DNA from: Amoebophrya sp. A120
Lineage: Eukaryota > Protista > Dinoflagellata
Reading direction: 5' to 3'
Assembly (NCBI GenBank): GCA_905178155.1
Contig: CAJINV010000009.1
Span: 3,156,768 to 3,220,767 of the forward strand
Length of the DNA stretch: 64,000 nt
Position numbers and translations under genes: made by a program. Below are positions 60,831-64,000 of the stretch, piece after piece. Numbering within the stretch: position 1 is the first letter of the stretch; the number at the start of each line of letters is the position of its first letter. The notes under the pieces were generated by a model, which worked only from the letters and a program-made list of their open reading frames with translations, was not told the origin of the DNA and made no database searches.

Positions 60831-63429
60831 ATGCTGACATCAACTTTTTCGCTCGCCCTGCTGCAGCTCAGCTTTTTCTCCAGCGTGATGCTGACGAAAG
60901 CCGAGCTGGTTTCCAAGTTTGCCGTGGAGGAGAAGGAAGAGGAAGCCGAAACGGGTATCCTCAGTACAAACGTCCCCACCCCATATTTGTAATGCATACC
61001 TGCATGTGCATGCTGAAAGTGTTTGTCATCCGGAGCCCCATGAGAAGCATTTTCTAATTGTGCTTTGGAATTTGTCATGCTGCAATCAGCATGATATACT
61101 AGATCTGTGATGCCTCTGAACTACCTCAAACAGCACTACGCTACGAGTCCAAATTTGTCATGGGGAACAGCCGAAACTTGTGGACTTGTCTAGCCGATTC
61201 CCCATCTTGACTATGGGGTGGGGACGTTTTTACATAGGATAACGGGCGGCATCAAGTGCGGACCCGACTGCTACGCCAACAGTCTGCGCGGGTCCAAGAA
61301 GAAACCCGGAGCAGCGGGGGAAGAGGAGCTGGCGGAGGAGCCGGAGGAAGAGGCGGAGCCCGCAGCGGAGGGGCCGGCGGAAGGTACTTTTACAAAACGA
61401 TGTGGAAAATATTTAACTTCTTATGCGGGCACTGGATCGGTTTTTTTTTGCATTCCCAATAGGATTTGCACATAGAAGAAGTTTTCATGCGTTGGAATGC
61501 ATGAGAGTTCGTAAATCGTAATAGAAGTTGTACCACTCTTGCGCAGAAGCAACACAAAGCACCATGATGAATATAGTCTATTCATTAAACTCTGATTGCA
61601 CCAAGGTATGGAGCGGCTGGACATCAAGATTCAGAAGAAAAAAATCACCAAAGAGGAACTATGAGAGTGCACAAGTTCTGCCCCTTCCCCTCATTTGTGC
61701 ATGCAAAATACTTATCAAATGAACATCTATGTCTATCGTCGAAGCACTGTCTGCATGACAAACTCTGGAACTCCAAGTAGTACCTACTGCAAGCCATATG
61801 CACATTTGTCACCGGGAGCCACATAATTTCTGCCCTTGCTTGTATCGCTGCTCATGCCATACAATTGAGGGGGAAGGGAGGTTGTGCACTCTGATAGGAA
61901 TCCGAATTGTTCCTGAAGCTGGACATCGACCACAACATGGTCTTGGACGGAAAAGAAGGGGGTGAGTGCCCAGTCAAAAAGGCGTATCAAATGCAAAAAT
62001 GTCTGGGTCTGGAAGGTTGGAACTTGTGATGCTAGCTTTGCACTCTAAAAACATCTGTACTGCATGACCAGCAAGAGGAGTCTAGTTTGTGCTACGCGGG
62101 GAGGGCGTTTGTCATGCGGAGTAGGCATCAGGAAGCCCTCTAAAAATCTGTAATGCTAGGGCGTGCATTACAGACGTCCTGGGTCATGCAAAACATGCAT
62201 GACAAGTCTCAGAATTTTCCAGACCCAGACATTTTTGCAATCCATAAGGCGGACGAGCTGGCGAATCCGGATCCGAAGAAGCGTAGGATTTGCAAATATC
62301 GATCTGGGTCGACGTCTGGAGAAGTGAAACTTGTATTGCTTGGCTGGCGTTCCTGCAAAATCTGTATTGCCTGGTCGCGAAGCGCGAAAGCTGAAGCTCC
62401 GTTTAAAACACATTTTTCAGTGTGCGCACTGCGCATGGGAGTGCGTCGGACCCAAGAACTACTTAGTAGCAAGCTTAGAACTGTAGCTCGCGTCATGATG
62501 CACAGTTCATCCGCATCACATATTCAGTCCCAGACCCAGATCGAAGATGTTTGCAATGCATAAAGCGGGACGGAAAGCTGTCGGTGGACGAGCTGCACTC
62601 GGTCTGCGACACGATCTGCAAGCCGGGCTCGGAAGCGGCCGCGTCTCTCGACGAGGCCACAGTGACCGCGGTCTGCAACTGCTGCCCCGCCAAAAGCGTG
62701 ACCAAGACCAAGTCGAAAAAGAAGGAGAAGCAGAAGGAAAAGAAGGTCACCGTCACCAGCAACGCGGCGGGAGGAGACGAAGGTATAGATACTTCTGTGA
62801 GTTTTACCCTGAGCAAAAACTGCGTTTCCACCCCCGAGTTGTCAAGTTGGGAACTTAGCAGCACAAGAACCAGAAGTTCTTTTGGGAGTTACACATTGGA
62901 AATTCTTTCCTGTATAATTGTGGTACAGTTTAGCACGCATAAGCAAAGCCGCAATGCAAAGCTGTTGTCTTATCCTTATTTCAGCATTGCAAACTTTTCC
63001 AAAAGTAGAAACACTAGAAAATACTTCTCATGTTCTTGTTGGGGATGCGCATTACATACTGTTCTTTTATTGATTGCAAATCTGCATGACATCAACGAAC
63101 TCGACCAAATCCAGCTGCCGGCGAGGGATCCAGCTTTTTCCAGGATGCCGATGGCGCGATGGAGCGGTCCTCCAGCGGCAGCGCACCGGTCCAGCAAACC
63201 TTATCCCGCACAGAAAATGCTCCTCCTACTGCTTCGCACGCAGTGTAGAAGTACTTACTTTCTTGTCATGCGTAGTAATTTATTCCAAACAATAGGTCCG
63301 CGCGTCGATTGTCATGTTTGAAATTGCATGAGAAAAAAGTGGCAGACTTTGTAGTTTTCCACTGCGGGTTTTTTTTCTGGCGGATAAGATTCCCTGCGCG
63401 GTGCCGGGGCAATGAAGCAGGAGGTGTGA
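60831..63429 (+). CDS. Secreted EF-hand-like, Cys-containing protein (3' exons uncertain)
   Basis: Signal-like MLTSTFSLALLQLSFFSSVML; LFLKLDIDHNMVLDGKE and K|RDGKLSVDEL EF-hand-like loops; probable end TSLRGAGAMKQEV-stop. Confidence 0.65.
60956..61241. mobile_element. Introner family B
   Basis: TSD ACGGG/ACGGG. Confidence 0.93.
61660..61896. mobile_element. Introner family G
   Basis: TATGAGAGTGCACAA...TTGTGCACTCTGATA; flanks GGAAC/GGAAT. Confidence 0.88.
61985..62246. mobile_element. Introner family A
   Basis: TSD AGGCG/AGGCG. Confidence 0.94.
62284..62562. mobile_element. Introner family A-like, diverged
   Basis: TSD AAGCG/AAGCG; left end TAG. Confidence 0.85.
63202..63386. mobile_element. 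Eroded singleton introner
   Basis: TATCCCGCACAGAAAA...TTTTCTGGCGGATA, internal octamers; TSD decayed. Confidence 0.6.
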
Positions 63430-64000
63430 GGAGCGTGGTGGAAGCCGAAGAGGAATGAAAAGGAAGATGATTTGATTTCCAAGAAAAGTAGGAATTGGGA
63501 AGGGAAACAAACGTACCAGACACAATAAATCAGACACATTGAATTAGGAGAAGCGATGAACTACAACCCAAGTAAAAATATGCTACGTCTACTTTAGCAG
63601 GAGTAGGGGAAAATAAAAATATTTATGATGTTGCAGGATACTTGTACAAATCTTGTATTAAAAATTCTGTAGGTGGTTTTAAGAGCAATACCCCGACTCC
63701 AAAGCCCCCCCACCCCGAGAATAAGTGCCTAAACCACGACGGGGCCAGAAGTTGTGAAAAGTTTGTACCAATTGTTGTATGATAATGGAAACGATTCAGA
63801 TTTGAAATACGAAAACGAGTCCAAATGATGATAAAGAATACTGTTGTACTGTATCGGAAATTAAAATTCATTAATCACGCTAGCAGCAGCTAGAAACTGA
63901 CCGGAGCTCTGGTAATAGCTGCCTGCGAGCACGGTTACTGTTTCTGCCTCGGGTCGACGTGATACAGCTTGGCGGGTTCAATTTGATGTCCGCAATGGAG

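Noticed and set aside
7307-62562. TGCATG in elements as RBFOX sites
   Set aside because: The wider motif tolerates changes in the GCATG core and occurs on both strands, which does not fit RBFOX specificity

Overview
Gene-dense eukaryotic DNA, most consistent with a syndinean dinoflagellate such as Amoebophrya (inferred from the intron biology and gene orientation, not from a search). One minus-strand gene runs off the left edge. A divergent strand-switch region with an A-tract core follows, then ten co-oriented plus-strand genes: an unknown ~1700-aa protein, tubulin cofactor D, a CaaX-terminated guanylate-binding protein with three SH3/Tudor-like repeats, a ShKT/coiled-coil membrane protein, a type II membrane protein, a small secreted Cys-rich protein, an unknown protein, Elongin B-like, SRP72 and a secreted EF-hand protein. 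The dominant feature is about 60 non-autonomous insertions (mostly 109-322 bp, at least 8 families) with TAT...ATA termini, terminal inverted repeats (TIRs) and 5-bp target-site duplications (TSDs). All but one interrupt coding sequence. Removing the element plus one TSD restores the frame and conserved motifs at the junctions checked, so they behave as introners, yet most cannot form GT-AG ends. Families with unrelated TIRs carry the same internal octamer TGT(C/G/A)(A/T)TGC many times in both orientations. Many ordinary GT-AG introns start GTAT and retain that motif, which suggests aged, domesticated copies. One element hosts a ~1.3-kb satellite. Coordinates were counted by hand and may be off by a few bases; gene models have no transcript support.
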